DNA from: Tilletiaria anomala UBC 951
Taxonomy: Eukaryota
Direction of reading: 5' to 3'
Assembly (NCBI RefSeq): GCF_000711695.1
Contig: NW_013547012.1
Location: forward strand, 124,001 to 188,000
Length of the DNA: 64,000 bases
The stretch's first letter is position 1. Each line of letters starts with the position of its first letter. Positions 11,984 through 24,952 of this stretch are shown here, in pieces. A program made the translations under genes and the position numbers. The notes below the pieces were generated by a model. The model ran no database searches and was not told the DNA's origin. It saw nothing but the letters and a program-made list of their open reading frames with translations.

Positions 11984-14978
11984 TCAGCGTGTCGTATCTC
12001 CCCGCTCGACCGATGTCCGTGCGTCCGATGCGCCGTGGTGCATGAGGTCATGCAGTCCCAGGCTCTGCTGCAGCGGGCTGCCTTTCTCTGATATACCGGT
12101 AGACGAGAAGCTGTCGTGGCGGCCCTTAAAGAGCGCGCCCTTGTTTGGTGGCGCGAGCGGCACCTGGTCGAAGCTGTGCGGAGACAAGGCGTTGTCGCTG
12201 AGGAGATAGGTGGAGGAGTTGGTGTGCTCGAGGGAGGCAAGTTGCGAAATGCGTCGTCGTTGGTTGGCCAAGAGATCGGTGAGGATGTCTGGTCCGTACA
12301 TGCTGCTCAATTGCGCGAGGAAGTCCTTTGTGGAGTTGAAAAGAAAAGGGGGTCAACAACACTCGGGGAATGTACAAGCACGGTCACTTTACCCACATTT
12401 TTGATGCTCCTGGCAGTGGCCTCGTCTAATCTGTACGCATTGGGTGTGAGGCCCTTGCCGAATCGGTATGTGATGTGATTGGAGCTGAGCAGGGCGGTAA
12501 CGATGAAAAGGAGATGCGGTATGACCAGGCCAAACGCGCAGAGGTAGAACCTCTTGAGCGCATTCTTCTGGAAGCGGATGAAGCGGCCCTTGCAGCCGGG
12601 TAGGGTGCTCCTCGCATAGCACCTGCTGCTCTCCGCGGCCTCAATGAATGGGTTGTAATAACCGCAGCAGCTGAGGCTGTTCTGGATCTCACGCCGGTCG
12701 TCGGTGTCAAAGTCGCGCGACCACATGTAGTTCACCTTGCCTTCGAGATTGAACGTGCGCTTCTTGTATGTGACGTAACCGGGGGCGAGGAGGAAGGCAA
12801 AGCTAATCCAGAGAAAGAGGTTGTAGAACGATAAAAAAGCGCGGTTGTTAAGCAGGATACCGCACCAGCCGATGATGGCGGTGATGAGAAGGAGAGTGGC
12901 AGCGATGCTCGCGAGGACAAGCTCGGTCGAGTTGGCAGTCCGAATGACGTCCGAACTCTCCCAGACGTTCGCCCAAGTGAGAAGGACGCCCGCCAGGCCG
13001 CCGATCGCGTAGACGGTGAGGACGATGTTGGTGGTGAAGAGCGCCCACTTGAACTTGTTCCAGCGCAACCTCTCGCGGCCTTTGGGGACTGTGCTGTCGG
13101 CCTTGGTGGCCTTCTTGAGGAATAAGCCTGCGAACAGGCGACCAAACATGCCAATGCCGATGACAGCCCGTGAGGTGTAGTGGCCATCCTCGTAGCCATT
13201 GCTGTCGCCATTGGCTGGGTGGATGCGGCCCTCGCTGTTGCCATGTTCGCTGCTATTGCTGGACGCTGGGCTGCCGGCGAAGCGCTCTTCGTAATCCAGC
13301 AGCCTGTCCTTCCTTCGACGCATGCCTTGCGAGCCCATGATCTCCGCCTCTGCACCGCCGCCGCTCCCCAGGCCGAGTCCAGCATTTGCGGCAGCGCCGA
13401 TTGCGCGAGAAACCCTCCCAATCGACATGTTGCTGCCTGTCATGGCGTCTGCGTCGCCGCCTCCGCTGCTACCGCTGCGGTCATACGCAGGACCAGCAGC
13501 GCTGTGTGTGGCCAATTCGACACCGTCGTCGTCCTCAAAGTCACCCGCTCCGAGCTCCGGATTGCCGCCACCATCAGGACCCCAAGCTGCGCGGCCAGCT
13601 CCGAACTTAAGCTGCATTAGCATACCATTGCTGTTCAGGTTCGGGTGCGAAAGCCTGCTGGGCGACCCCATGTCTCTCATGGCGCAGGGCGCCAACAGAG
13701 CGCTGTCGCCGTTCGCATTCGCCATCAGGGGAAGCTCCAGGTGACTACCACGGGCTGGTGAGTTCGAATGCGACGGCTGTTGTTGCTGCTGTGCCGACGC
13801 AAATGTGATTGTGTGGATGCTCTTGCGCCTGAAGGCACCAGCGCTGCTCGCGATTTTTGGTGAGCCACCGCCGTTAGACATACTTCCGCCGAACCAGCTC
13901 CTCCTGGTCGGAGCCTGAGCAGCCCCATCGAGCTGGACGCCGGCGGCGGCGTCCTCTGCACCACCAGGAGAGAACAAGCCGCTAGGCCCGGTGGCAACTG
14001 TGTCGCTAGTGCTGCGATATCGCTGGTCCAGGTAGGGCGAGGAACCGCGGTGCCTGCGCGAGCCTTGGCGATGGATGCGGCCAACTTTTTCGGGTAGGTA
14101 GTGGGTGGCGAGCGAGGGGCTGAGCGAGCTGCTGTGACCGCCCGCGCCAGTGCCGGCGCTGTTGCCGAGGACAGAGCTGGCGCTCGCTACCTTTGAGGAC
14201 GCACCGTGGGCCGGAGAGCCAGAGCGACTGTGGGAGCCACTGCCAGACCGGGGCGTCATCAAGCTGCTGTCGGGCCGGGGAGGGAGGAGAGCATTGAGCG
14301 GATGTACTTCTGCCGCAAGGGGGATATGGATGGAAGAGTGGATCTGCGGCGCTGAAGAATAAGCTGGCGTTGGCGACCGTAGATGTCCGTGGCCGCTCGC
14401 TGCGCTGGTGCGATGGACGTCATCCGAGAAGGATGCAGATCCTGAAGCATTCGAATGCCGCCTTGCACTAGAAGGCGTTCGCTTCGACCCGATGTCTGCC
14501 ACATTGCCAAGCGCACTTAGGGGAACGTCATGCTTTTGGGGCTTGTTCGCCTCGGCAGCATGTGATTTGGATGTTCGCGTCGGACTGGCTGTTGCTGTGG
14601 ATTGCTGCTTTTGCATGACGTTCGAAGCGGTTGATACGCCGCTGAGAGGCATAGGTACTTTGCGCGGCGTCATGTGAGCCGACTGGAATTGGTCATCCGC
14701 GTCCAAAAAGGCTCCTTCTTCACTTTGGGCATCGATTGTGCGCGAGATTTCATTGCTGAATCAAAAAATCGTGAACGGAGTCGAGGTCAGCCCCCAAGAT
14801 GAAGTAGCGTAGGAGATGAAGGTGGAGAGAGGGCAGGCATTCCGAATTCGGATTGACAAGGGCAAGTCCATGCAGGCCCCTGGTCGCGCGGCTAGGGTAG
14901 CAGAGGTGCTACTCACCTGCTTTTCGGAGACAACAAGGACGGCGTCGCATAGGCTGATGTCCGCTGCAGATTCGACAT
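11984..14978 (-). CDS. Fungal tetraspanin, Tsp2-like (long disordered N-terminus), 3 exons
   Basis: RWNKFKW precedes four TM helices. The EC2 loop has LSCCGYY..RCYARSTLPGCK, and the TM block ends SNHITYRFGKGLTP. Inferred first exon MSNLQRTS..PKS splices in phase to the acceptor at ~14756. Confidence 0.8.
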
Positions 14979-15699
14979 GATGGGCGAGGTTATTCTGCGA
15001 ACACGTCGCAACGTTCAGGACCATAGGGCTGAAGTTTACGCCCCTCCTGGAGACCTGGCGTGACAGCCAATTGGCTGTTCAACCCTTCACCTGCAGTGCC
15101 GGCAGGATAATAGAAGGAAGAGGGAGTAATGCCGGTGTCTGAAGTGTAATGATTGACGAGAAGACTGGCGGGTGCGCTGATGAAAGCCTGAAACACGGTG
15201 GCGATCACCTGCCGATGCTTGGCGACAAGCGTTGGTAGATCCGCTGAGTGGCTGTTTGCGCTACACGTCTGGCCGGGGCAAGACCTCCCGGCGCTGTTTG
15301 TCTCCGTCCAAGACAGCCTGCTGACAATCAGGGAAGAGAAGGGGGCCGGCTTTGTTTGTTTCGGAACGTGGGTTCTACTGGGGTGAGGGGTAGCAATACC
15401 TGTGTAGCACGGCGGTGCACATGCGATTGCGCTCCGATGTCACAATTCCAAGAGTGCCGTTGGATATCACGAAGGGGCGGGCCGCGAGATGAAGTGCAAC
15501 AGAACCGTGCAGACCAAGTTAAGCCCAGAGCATACACTGCATGCTCAAACCAGCAACATGTTCTGCTACAGTTCACTACACAGAGTGCTGGGACGAAACG
15601 TTCATCTTTGGCTTCGCTACAAACACGGGAGCGACAGACTTGAGGCGACCGGCCGTCTTGGAGAGGATTCAAAACAAATCATTGCAAACGTCATGGATT

Positions 15700-15900
15700 C
15701 TAGATTGTCCTTCTGCAAAATTCAACCGAAATGGAAAAAATTAAAAGGAAACACACGTATTTTCACTGGCCCATATTCTGTCCTCTGGTGCCCGACAGTG
15801 GTCAATGCGTCCCACCCCCGGGCCGGCCGCCACCGTTTGGCGACTCCACGCGCCATCCAGCGCTGCCCTCCTGTTACCCGATTGCTTCATCGCCGAGCGG
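15700..15900 (+). mobile_element. Decayed Ty3/Gypsy integrase C-terminal GPY/F segment
   Basis: KKLKGNTRIFTGPYSVLWCPTVVNA...RLATPRAIQRCPPVTRLL resembles KKLxPRFxGPYxVL...NAYRLxLP...HPVFHVSxL. Confidence 0.45.
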
Positions 15901-16519
15901 ATGATGCCTGAACGAATTCAGTACAGCTTCGTTGCCATCAACCCACCTTTGAGAAGAAGCTTGGCATTGGTTGGTCAATTCTTGATTCTGCGACAGTACA
16001 TAGTGAGCCGAACCAGCGGCAGCAGTCGATTCCATACAGTGTCGTTTGCGCCACGTACGACAATAGTATGTACATTCTACGTTACTGTTATTGATGTCTA
16101 GATCTCAAAGCCTCAGAATCTTGCAACTCGCAACCATGTTCGTCTCATGACATGTTTTCACACTGTCTCCACTATAGTGCGGTGCCAGCTCCTCGCGTCG
16201 AAAGCCATGCATCGGCGCATACATCGCCCCCGTGCAAATGGTAGAATGACAGAATCCGGTCTGGTCGTCTGGGTCACCCAGGGTGTGTATGGATGAATTC
16301 TCTCTTGGACTTGAATCAGCTCATGATCAATCCTGTTTCCACTGGTGCCCCCAAAAATCGATCGAATAGCTATCACATTCGTTCTGCCATCGTGATCGGT
16401 GTTATTTTAACAGTGTTTCATCGTCATCACGATCATGACAATGTTCATGACATGGCAGTTGCGCAGTGTCGCAGACGAATCAGTCTTCTGGAATGTTTGA
16501 GTTTCTGGTTTTTGGAGAA

Positions 16520-17800
16520 CGAGGGTATCTGAGTTTGAATTGCTGGCCGATAGCTCAGTCCTCTCCTGCCGGCCAAGAAGACAGCCACTGCCGCGATGCC
16601 GCGCATCGTTGATTTACTGATACATGGCATCGGCCGGCGGCAGCTGCCCTATTACATAGCACTTGTATTTTGTAGCAGATGTTCGAATCATGTACCACGT
16701 CCCTGCCTGCCAGAGCGACCTGGTTGACCGTATGTACATGCGCCACCGCGTCAATTGGAGCGTGTCGTTGTAGAGAGGGTCTTGGGCCGCTTAGTGTCAC
16801 ACTGGCAGAGCGCGCGCGCTTGCAGCCGAATCCTCTGGTGTGGAGGTCGGTGACCTTGCGTGGGACGCAGATGAGCATACGCCTTACTGTCCGGCGTTAG
16901 CCTTGGTTGCGCGAGTGCCATAGTGGCCGGTAGATGAGTGTACGTCTTCAACATATACGAGCAGCTCGTCCATGCTCCTGGGCGCACACTGCCACGCAGA
17001 AGGCCCCGTCGGGCCAAATCTAGTCCTCTGCGTTCAACACATATTCGCCGACCTACAAACCAGATGCGTTGGCTGCAAGCGCGCGCACTCCGGCAACGTG
17101 AGACCCATGATGAGCGGAGAGCTTCTCATGTGCGTACGCAGAGGGAGGTGGATGCACTCAATCAAAGCAGGCATGATATGGTCGGCCGCCTCGAGCGACA
17201 AAGGGAGGAGGCGGGAACGAAGCATTATATGGAGCCTCAGCGTGCAGTAGCGAAGATGCAAGAGTCTGGAGTCGTCGAGCACTTTGAATACATCCGAGAT
17301 AAGTAGAACGTGGTCCTTAAGCGTGGCAGAACGGGGTGCAACCTCGTCGACGTTGGCCCGAATTGCCTTGTTATGGAAAGGGCAAATCGCAGTATGGACG
17401 AGCCACTAAATTCAGGCAGTAGCATTGATGAGGCCGAATTCCATACCCACCCAACGGTAGAGCTGCCGATTCACCATGATTGTTGTCTTGTCTTTGTCCT
17501 CTTGCCTGACTTGCTGCTGATTCCAAGAAGATCCTGGAGCCGCGAAATGCGATACACATGGCTCCAGCATCCAGCAACATCGAGCGACGTGCAGGAGCCG
17601 AGTGACCAGCATTGCAAGGGTGATTCAGGGACCAAACGAGTGTGAAGAGTCGCGCGTGGACAGCGGGAAAAAATGCATGTAAGAAGGCGCGGAAGCCCAG
17701 ACTGATGGGTGACCTCGTCGTGGATGTAGCCTCCTGCTTTCTCGTGCGAGAAAAGTTCTAACGCTGCCTTGGTGAGATTCCCCAGCCTACCTCTCATCCT
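16520..17800 (-). mobile_element. Decayed Ty3/Gypsy retrotransposon pol (reverse transcriptase to RNase H) with stops and frameshifts
   Basis: One minus-strand frame at ~17270-17530 reads WNQQQVRQEDKDKTTIMVNRQLYRWVGMEFGLINATA*I*WLVHTAICPFHNKAIRANVDEVAPRSATLKDHVLLISDVFKVL, matching the Gypsy RT core (EEDKxKTAF..GLYxWxxMPFGLxNAPA..YVDD..SxTLxEH). It is flanked by FRGSRIF upstream and by IMGLT, TD..GFG/ALCQ and YRP downstream. Confidence 0.8.
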
Positions 17801-18095
17801 CTTTCCTATTCATCATATGCGAGACCTGAGACTCGACCAGGCCGGGATCACTGATGTCTGAAGCGACTGGCATGGATGAACAACCAGCGGAAGTGTCGAG
17901 CGGTCAACGGCCAGATGCCATGACCCAATGCTGAGGACGCCGAAGACGTACGCCTTGCAGTTTACAGCCACGCTCATGCTCCACGGCTGCCATGCAGCGC
18001 GCTTGACCTGTGTGATTTGACATACGGAGTGTTTTGCTGGGCCCTTTCAGGACATCGACCAGAACCCCGGGCTTCCTGGCAGCACGTAATCCAAA

Positions 18096-20524
18096 ATGCG
18101 TACCTGTCCGCAATGCGACTCGGACTCGATCGAGACGCAAGATGGCACGCAGGTCTGCACGCAGTGCGGCCATGTGCTGGGCGAGTCGGAGATTGTCAAC
18201 GACGTCACCTTTGGAGAGACCTCCGCCGGTGCGGCGACGGTGCACGGCACACAAGTCTCCGGCTCCACGGGGAAGCATGCTATGGTCGGACCCGGTGGAC
18301 GGAGGTACGGTGATGGAACTGACTCGAGAGAGGCGACGATCTACAATGGTGAGCAGCAGCAACCAGAGCGTCCCGTTTAGGCATTCGCAGGCTGTGCTAA
18401 CTTGCACAATCTTTGTCTACTTGCCTCTTCTCCCACCCCAGCCAAGCAAGCGATCCGCAACCTTTGCCGTCAGCTGAATCAAGAGTCGGAAGATCTGCAC
18501 CAAACTGCGACGCGTTTATTCACCCTGGCCCTCAACATTGGGCAAGGTAAGCAGTGGTTCCCAAATCCAGAGACGCTCGAGCGCGACGCAGCCGGAAATT
18601 TGGTGCAAGGCCGACGCAGTCAGTACTCATACGGAGCATGCGTTTACCTTGCATTTCGAAGGAAAAAGATCCCTATCATGCTCATCGAGATCGCTGATCT
18701 GATCAAGGTGAGCGAATACTCCTGTTGTGGTCTATACCTGCGCAGCCGCTGACTCCCCGCTTTGACTACATCATTTCTGCTGCTGCTGATCTCCAGGTCA
18801 ATGTTTTCGTCCTCGGTCGAGCGTATCTGCGCCTCGCACAGCTTCTCCGCTTCGATCCTGAACAACGCAGCATCGACATCATGGAGCCTTCGATTTATAT
18901 CCGACGCTTTGCGCGCCTCCTAGACTTTGGCGACGAGTACGAGCGAGTGGTGGAAGATGCGTCGCGTCTCTGCATCCGTTTCAAGAACGATTGGCTCGTA
19001 CAAGGCCGTCGGCCGTCGGGTATCACAGGCGCCTGTCTGCTGCTCGCAGCGCGAATGAACAACTTCCGCCGCAGCGTCGCTGAGGTTGTGCAAGTGGTCA
19101 AGGTGGCTGACGTGACACTCAAGAAGCGTCTCGATGAGTTTCGTGCGACGCCTGCGGCCAAGATGAGCATCCACGATTTCCGCCAGCTGTACAACAATGT
19201 CAGCGATGGTGCGATGCCGCCGAGCGCAACCTCAAATCAGGCGCAGAAGGCAAGGAAGGGGAAAGAGAAGAAGGAGGAAATTGCACGCAAGATCAGCGCG
19301 AATGCCAAGCGCGAAGACGTGCGTGGCAAGAATAAGGCGGATAGCTCCGGGGTCGAGATGAGGAGCTCGAAAAAGTGGTCATCAAGGACAGTGGGAGACG
19401 GGCAAAGGGGCGAGGATGATGACGGGTCAGAGAGCGATGACCAAGCAGACGATCTGGTGGACAGTGATGAGGGCGAGGCTTCTGGAGCCAAAGAGGGGGC
19501 CCTCTCGGCCGAAGCCAACACTGACGTCGAGGAGCAGGTAGACCAAGTCATCGCGGACGAAGTACAAGGCCTCCTGCAGTCTGATCGCCTGCGCGACGAT
19601 TTCGACCGCGTCGTCCATGAATTAGAGCAAAGCGAACGCCGGGCTAAGCTCACCGCAGCCGAGCGACAGGCTCAAATAGGCACTTCACAAGCCGCTGCGA
19701 GAGGTGCTGCCAGTGGAAATGAGGGAAGTGGTGTGGTGGAGGAGGTAGATGCGCTTACAACTAGGCCGAAGAAGCGTGCTCGAAGTGGTGAAGAACAAGC
19801 TTCCGATTCCGTCGCGATGAAAAAGAGCAAGCTACCAGCGGAGGATCCAAAGGACCCGCTGGCGAATCTAGACGAAGAAGAGCTCGACGAGTATCTGCTC
19901 TCCAAAGATGAGGAGTTGGTCAAAGAGCGCATCTGGACCGAATTCAACAAGGAATGGCTTGAGGAATCGCTGCAAAAAGCAATCAAGGAGGAAGAAGATC
20001 TAAAGCGCGGTATCCAGCCGAAACGCAGCAAGCCACGCAAGAAACCAGTGTTGCGGGATAGCAGCAACGCTGCAGGAAGCTCAGCCCTCGAGTCGACTGT
20101 GAACATGATGAAGCAGAAAAAATTCAGCCGAAAAATCAACTACAGCGCGCTCGGCAATCTGCTACCGAATCAATCGGGGATCGTCTCGGCGGGCGGATCG
20201 CGGCCGCACAGCGAGCTGGATGACTTGGGCGGCATCGGTGCGGCTTACAACATGATCGGCCGTGCCGCTTCACAGGCCCGCAGCGAGGCGAGCACCGGCC
20301 TGGGCGGCGAGTCGGATTTCGGCAGCGAGGATGACAAGGACATTGACAGGGATCGCTCTCGTGGCAGCCGCGCAAATGGGAAAGGGCGCGTGCCTGAGCG
20401 CGCCGGGAGGGATAGCAGGAGCAGGGACGGCGGATCCGACGCAGGTGGTTTCGTATCTGACGGAGGGGCGTACTCGGACGCTTATGCAGAGGAGGCGTAC
20501 GGGTACGACGACGCCTATGAGTAA
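18096..20524 (+). CDS. BRF1: Transcription factor IIIB subunit Brf1 (TFIIB-related), 3 exons
   Basis: Zn ribbon CPQC..CTQCG, EIVNDVTFGETSAG. Cyclin repeats with QGRRSQ..ACVYLA and WLVQGRRPSGITGACLLLAARMNNFRRS. C-terminal blocks DEEELDEYLL..KERIW..NKEWL and KKFSRKINY. Confidence 0.95.
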
Positions 20525-20668
20525 GCTCATTGTAGCCCCCTTTGACGACCGACAGGGGGTTTCAGCATTGTCAGACAGGAAGACATTCGTGACATTAAAT
20601 AGTAAGCATCACATTCAGATTACCCTTTGCTCATGTATCATTATCCAGCCCAACCGTAATGCAGATCA

Positions 20669-21434
20669 TCACGCGACGCCAAGCAGCACGTCGACTGCGG
20701 TTTTACGGTATGCTGAAATCGGCTTCGTCTCCAACCCTACGACCTTGGCCTTGTCGTCCCATAATCGGAGCTGCACCTTTTGGCGCCACTGGGGATCTTG
20801 CTCGAACGCTGTTACTTCTGATGAAGTGAACGGTCCCCCTTGATGCTTGAGCGACGCCACCGAGGCGAATGAAAGTGCTGCGAGGTACTCAGCCGAGGTT
20901 GCCGTAAGATATCTGCGCAAGGCATGTGAGGGTTCTCAGTGTCTGCCGTTCGTGCCCGTCGCTTGGTGGCGATTTCATCGCGACGTACCGCTTGGCAACA
21001 ACATGCGCGCCGACCAGCTTGCTCACGGTCTCCGGCCAGCCGTGCTGCCGTAGCCATTCCTCGCCGAGACGATCATGTCCCATACGGCCGACACTGGCCC
21101 CCCCTTGCATCATTTCTTGTCCATCCTTCTGCGCATGTGCAAATTTGGCGCTGTTTACCTTCTCCTCCAGCGGGATGAACTGACCGACATCGTGCAACAG
21201 CGCAGCGATCACGGTCGTCGCGTTGGCGCCTGCTTGTTCGGCGAAGTGGGCGGCTTGCAGACAGTGCTCGAGTTGCGAAATCGGCTCACCAATGTAGTCC
21301 GCATGTCCTTGGGACTCAAGCAGCGTAAAGAGCCAATCGACATGCGCTTCGGCGTCGCTGTGTGTCAGTCTTAATGACCCTGCGGTGGTGTTAGCGGTGA
21401 CCACGGTTCCAATAGATCCCCTGCCGTTGGCCAT
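20669..21434 (-). CDS. HD-domain diiron oxygenase, PhnZ/TmpB-like (phosphonate degradation-associated), 2 exons
   Basis: DYIGEPISQLEHCLQAA, AALLHDVGQ, GHDRLG, LVGAHVVAKR|YL, LSFASVASLKHQGGPF, LRLWDDKAK: the PhnZ-family metal ligands (H, HD, H, H, D) are present in order. Confidence 0.85.
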
Positions 21435-21536
21435 CTCGAACGCTTGCGTGAGGTTCTCCACTTTTGCTCACCTGATCGTCGAGCTGTGATCCGTTCGAAA
21501 GGGTGTTCTCATCGGCGCTTGCCAATACCATCACGA

Positions 21537-21545
21537 TTTATATAT
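21537..21545 (-). promoter_or_regulatory. TATA box of the HD-domain gene
   Basis: ATATATAAA on the minus strand about 100 nt upstream of ATG 21434. Confidence 0.45.
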
Positions 21546-21951
21546 CCAAATGGGTGACAGCAAACGCTACTAGCTATGGGCCTTATCGGCGGTGGCCCCT
21601 TCTCTTTATTGGCAAGGGAGGTCGGGAGCACGACGCGGTGTTCTGACCGAGGGTGGAGTGATCCATTTTCGGAGAGATATCCGACGCCTCAACACACATT
21701 TGAGTTCTGGTCCCACAATTCTTTTTTTCCCTTCTGAGCGGGGTTAGGAAAAAAAATAGGTGGCAACGCCGTCGACAGGCGAAGAAGGAAGACGTTGACT
21801 GTAGAAAGGAGAGATGCTGACAACAGGCGACATTTTGACAAGGCTGTCCATTTATTTGCAATACCGCTGCATCCGTCGTCTCTCTGGTGATCGTTCCCCT
21901 GCAGCATAGGTGCCGGTTCGAGGTGGATGCAGAAGATCGTCTGCGCTTGCC

Positions 21952-22841
21952 ATGGTCAGATTCAAAGTGAGTGCAAGTGCAGTCACAAAGAGGTAAACGG
22001 AAAGCGGGCTGATGCCTTGGTCCTGCCGCAGAACCGATGGCTGCTACTGTCCATGGCCGCACCCGCGCCTTCACCTAGTGGCTCATCCTCGTCCTCTTCA
22101 TCGTCTGCGCACTCGCTCAGCCCAGCGCACCTGCCATCTACACTGAACGCTTCGACGCTAATCCGAGCCATACGCAAAGCGCTGGAGACGTTCTTCGGCG
22201 ATGCGGGCGCCGGAACATGCGGCGGCGCGCTTGCGTGTCGATACTACTCTCCCAAGACGGGCATGGCTATCATACGGTGTGCAAGAGAGGCTGCAAGGAC
22301 CGTCTGGGCTGCAATCACCATGATCAACGAGCTGGAAGGGCGCAGGGTCCGGATCGCTGTCGTGCATTGCAGCGGTATGTTTTGCTTGGTTCTTCGCTCT
22401 GACCCGTCGCCTGGCTTTTTACTGAGCTGCAATTGAACGAATCCGCTTTCAGGCACAATCAAGAAGACGCAGATGCGAGCGATCGAAATGGATAAGAAGG
22501 TAATCTTCTTCTTGCGACGCCACAACGCTTCGTCTGAGCGCAGAGCAGATGTCGAGCGACAGCGAGCGCTGTTTGCCATGTTCCAGACCCAGCCGGGCAA
22601 TATTAACACCGCAGAAGCCCTCAGCAATACAGCCGCACTACCCGCTGGCTCCGCCGGCGCAAAAGAGCCCGTTCCTAACGTCGAGGCCAAGGGAGGTGTA
22701 GCCGCACAGAACCGGAAAAGAAAGCGAGAGGGTCAGAACCGGGCAGCGGATGGTGGCCGAGAGACTTCTCAGCCCTTGGATGAGGAGACGAAGAAAGAGC
22801 TGGATGCGAGTATGAAAGCCATCATGGCTATCCAACAGTAG
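21952..22841 (+). CDS. POP5: RNase P/MRP subunit Pop5 (Rpp14/Pop5 family), 3 exons
   Basis: 15-nt first exon MVRFK spliced to NRWLL; FFGDAGAG..CRYYSPKTGMAIIRCARE..VWAAIT..VVHCSG|TIKK. Confidence 0.9.
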
Positions 22842-23119
22842 AGATAAGAGACCATGAAGGCGTGTGAAATTGTTGTAGCATAAAAACTGACCCATGTAGC
22901 ATACGCAAGTTTCAAGTGCGAATGAGCAGCGAGACCGTAGCGATGCGAACAGAGAGTGTAGGATACAGTACATCAATGCTTTTGAGACATCTTCCAATTG
23001 GGTGCTGAGATGTGGAGAGTTCCAAAACGAAACGAGGGTACAATCGACTGGAAGCTGCAATCGTCCACGATGGCGGGTTCGCGTTGATGCGTATGGGAAA
23101 GATGTCGCGGAAACCATGA

Positions 23120-24056
23120 TCATAGTGGCAGGATGTGACACCTACAAGAACCAGGTGGTTGAATGCAAAACCAGAAATGCTCGTCAGTATTCTCGCCCAC
23201 GCTGCACGATAAATCGAAGTCACTGGTGCCAGATTGGAGACAAGCAAGGCAGGCACACGACGCACCCCAGAAGCCCGCGTCCGCCCCACCCGCTGCTTGG
23301 GGTAAGCGTAAACTCCCCGACCTCCTCCCTCTCGCGCCCGCTCGTCTCGCGTATGCGGCGAACGGTGAAGATGACCTGCCTGCCTTCACGCACGAGCGCC
23401 GGCAGTGCTCGTAGCGAGTCGTGATTGCTGGCGTCTACAGCTGCACGTGCATCCGTGCCTACACCTGACGAGACGCGTAGTATCAGATCACCAGGCTGCA
23501 GGCCTGCTCGGTACGCGGGGGCGGGGGCGGGCGACACGCTGTTGATCTGTGCAAAGGGCTGCAGATGGATCGCGCCCCTCGCTGCCGCATGGTCGTTCGC
23601 ACTCGCACTTGGGTTTGCATTACTTCTCGCTTCCACGTCCGAGGTGGCAGCACTCGCATGTCTATTGGTCGCGGCTACGGGCCGCAAAGGTCTCTGCGCC
23701 GATCCTTCGCTGTCATCCCGCCTGAGGGCGACCTGTAGCAGCTGGTGGAGCCTCGACTCGATGCGCAACCTGTCATTATTCAGCCTGTGTATCTCCTGCC
23801 GCGCCGTGCGGACTGCCAGGAGGTCCATGTCGGCGAGCGGGAAGCCCTCTCGGTCGATCAGCGGCGACGTCAGCGAGACGTGCTGCGCAGCCAGCGTCGA
23901 CTCGTGCACCGAGAGCAGCTCCTTGATGTCGCCGAGCCGCGCGGAGAGGCCGGACGCTTCGGCGCGCGCTTGCGAGGGCGTCAGATTCAGCGTGGCGGGG
24001 ACACTGGTGTTGGTTGCCGCTGTTGGTGAGGAAGATGACAGTGACGAAGACGCCAT
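23120..24056 (-). CDS. NAS2: 26S proteasome regulatory-particle assembly chaperone Nas2/PSMD9 (p27), 2 exons
   Basis: N-domain PLIDREGFP..DLLAVRTARQEIHRLNND; PDZ-like PFAQINSVSP..AYRAGLQPGDLI; C-terminal LTPSSGWGGRGLLG|CHILPL*. Confidence 0.9.
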
Positions 24057-24952
24057 GGCTGCGGTGGGCGATACGAAAGGGCAGGCGCTACGTGACGTTG
24101 AGCAGGGACTACCGGCGCTGCTGTGCGAGTCGAATCGTTGCGATGGAAGCAAGCAGCCCATTGCTCAATTCCCGGCCGTGGTCTCTCTGCGACGCCCGCC
24201 GATCCTGAACACGACATGCTCACGATGGGAGAGTATATATATGTATACGGTGCAAGCGCCGCACCGACGATGTTCGCAATGCGACTGCCATACGTCACGA
24301 GGTCTGCAACAAATATGCTCTGCGGGAAGCGCGACCGAGATTCCGCCATACCTCTCATTTCCACAGCTTTTCCGGTGAGAAATCCGGCGGATCTCCCAGA
24401 GGACTATTCGGCAACCCGCGGAAGGCTCCCAAAGTTCATGAAAGACATGGGATTCAACGCCAATTTGAGCACACAAATCCTCCGAGATGGCTTGCCAGCG
24501 CCCTGAAAATAATGCGCCAATTGAATGTACTCAAACCCCTTTTCGGGGAATTCTTTTTGGTGCATGGACAAATGCGGCGAAGATGAGTTAAGTCACACTT
24601 TGACTGGGCTTTTGACCTTTGGTTGGGCTTCGGATGCCGCTGATGATCAGCTATCACAATCCTTCTTCGTCTTCTCCCTCTTGACACCCTGCGGCCCGCT
24701 GTCAGCAAAGCGTTCACTCCAGCGAGCGTCCTCCCAGGGTTAATCTTGATAGGGGAAAGGAGCTGACCAGCACGCGGTGTCTGGCTGCAACCTGCTTCAC
24801 AACGGCCCTGGGCCGAAGTTGACCTGCACGGGGTGTCCCTCGAAGGCCTCCATCCTCCCTCTTCCAGGCTTTCAGTCCTCGGCTTGCAAGTCGCAGAAGG
24901 TTTTCTTGCAGCAAACTGCTGGCGTTGTCCAGTCGCTAAGCAAGGGCCCAAA

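Noticed and set aside
15175..15210. CTGATGA...GAAA hammerhead-like core
   Set aside because: No credible stem II or III and no valid NUH cleavage site.
16938..17645. Plus-strand ORFs of 122 and 111 aa separated by one TAG (apparent readthrough or pseudogene)
   Set aside because: They are the antisense frame of the Gypsy RT relic.
20546..20580. Hairpin between the convergent BRF1 and HD-domain genes (SECIS or terminator?)
   Set aside because: Short stem without SECIS core motifs, no in-frame Sec codon, and intrinsic terminators do not apply to a fungal nuclear locus.
23425..24378. 317-aa plus-strand ORF
   Set aside because: Antisense to NAS2, low-complexity, no recognisable motifs.
24123..24743. 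Short ORFs between NAS2 and the arrestin gene, with faint integrase-like words on the minus strand
   Set aside because: No convincing gene model, and the TE similarity is too weak to list as a feature.
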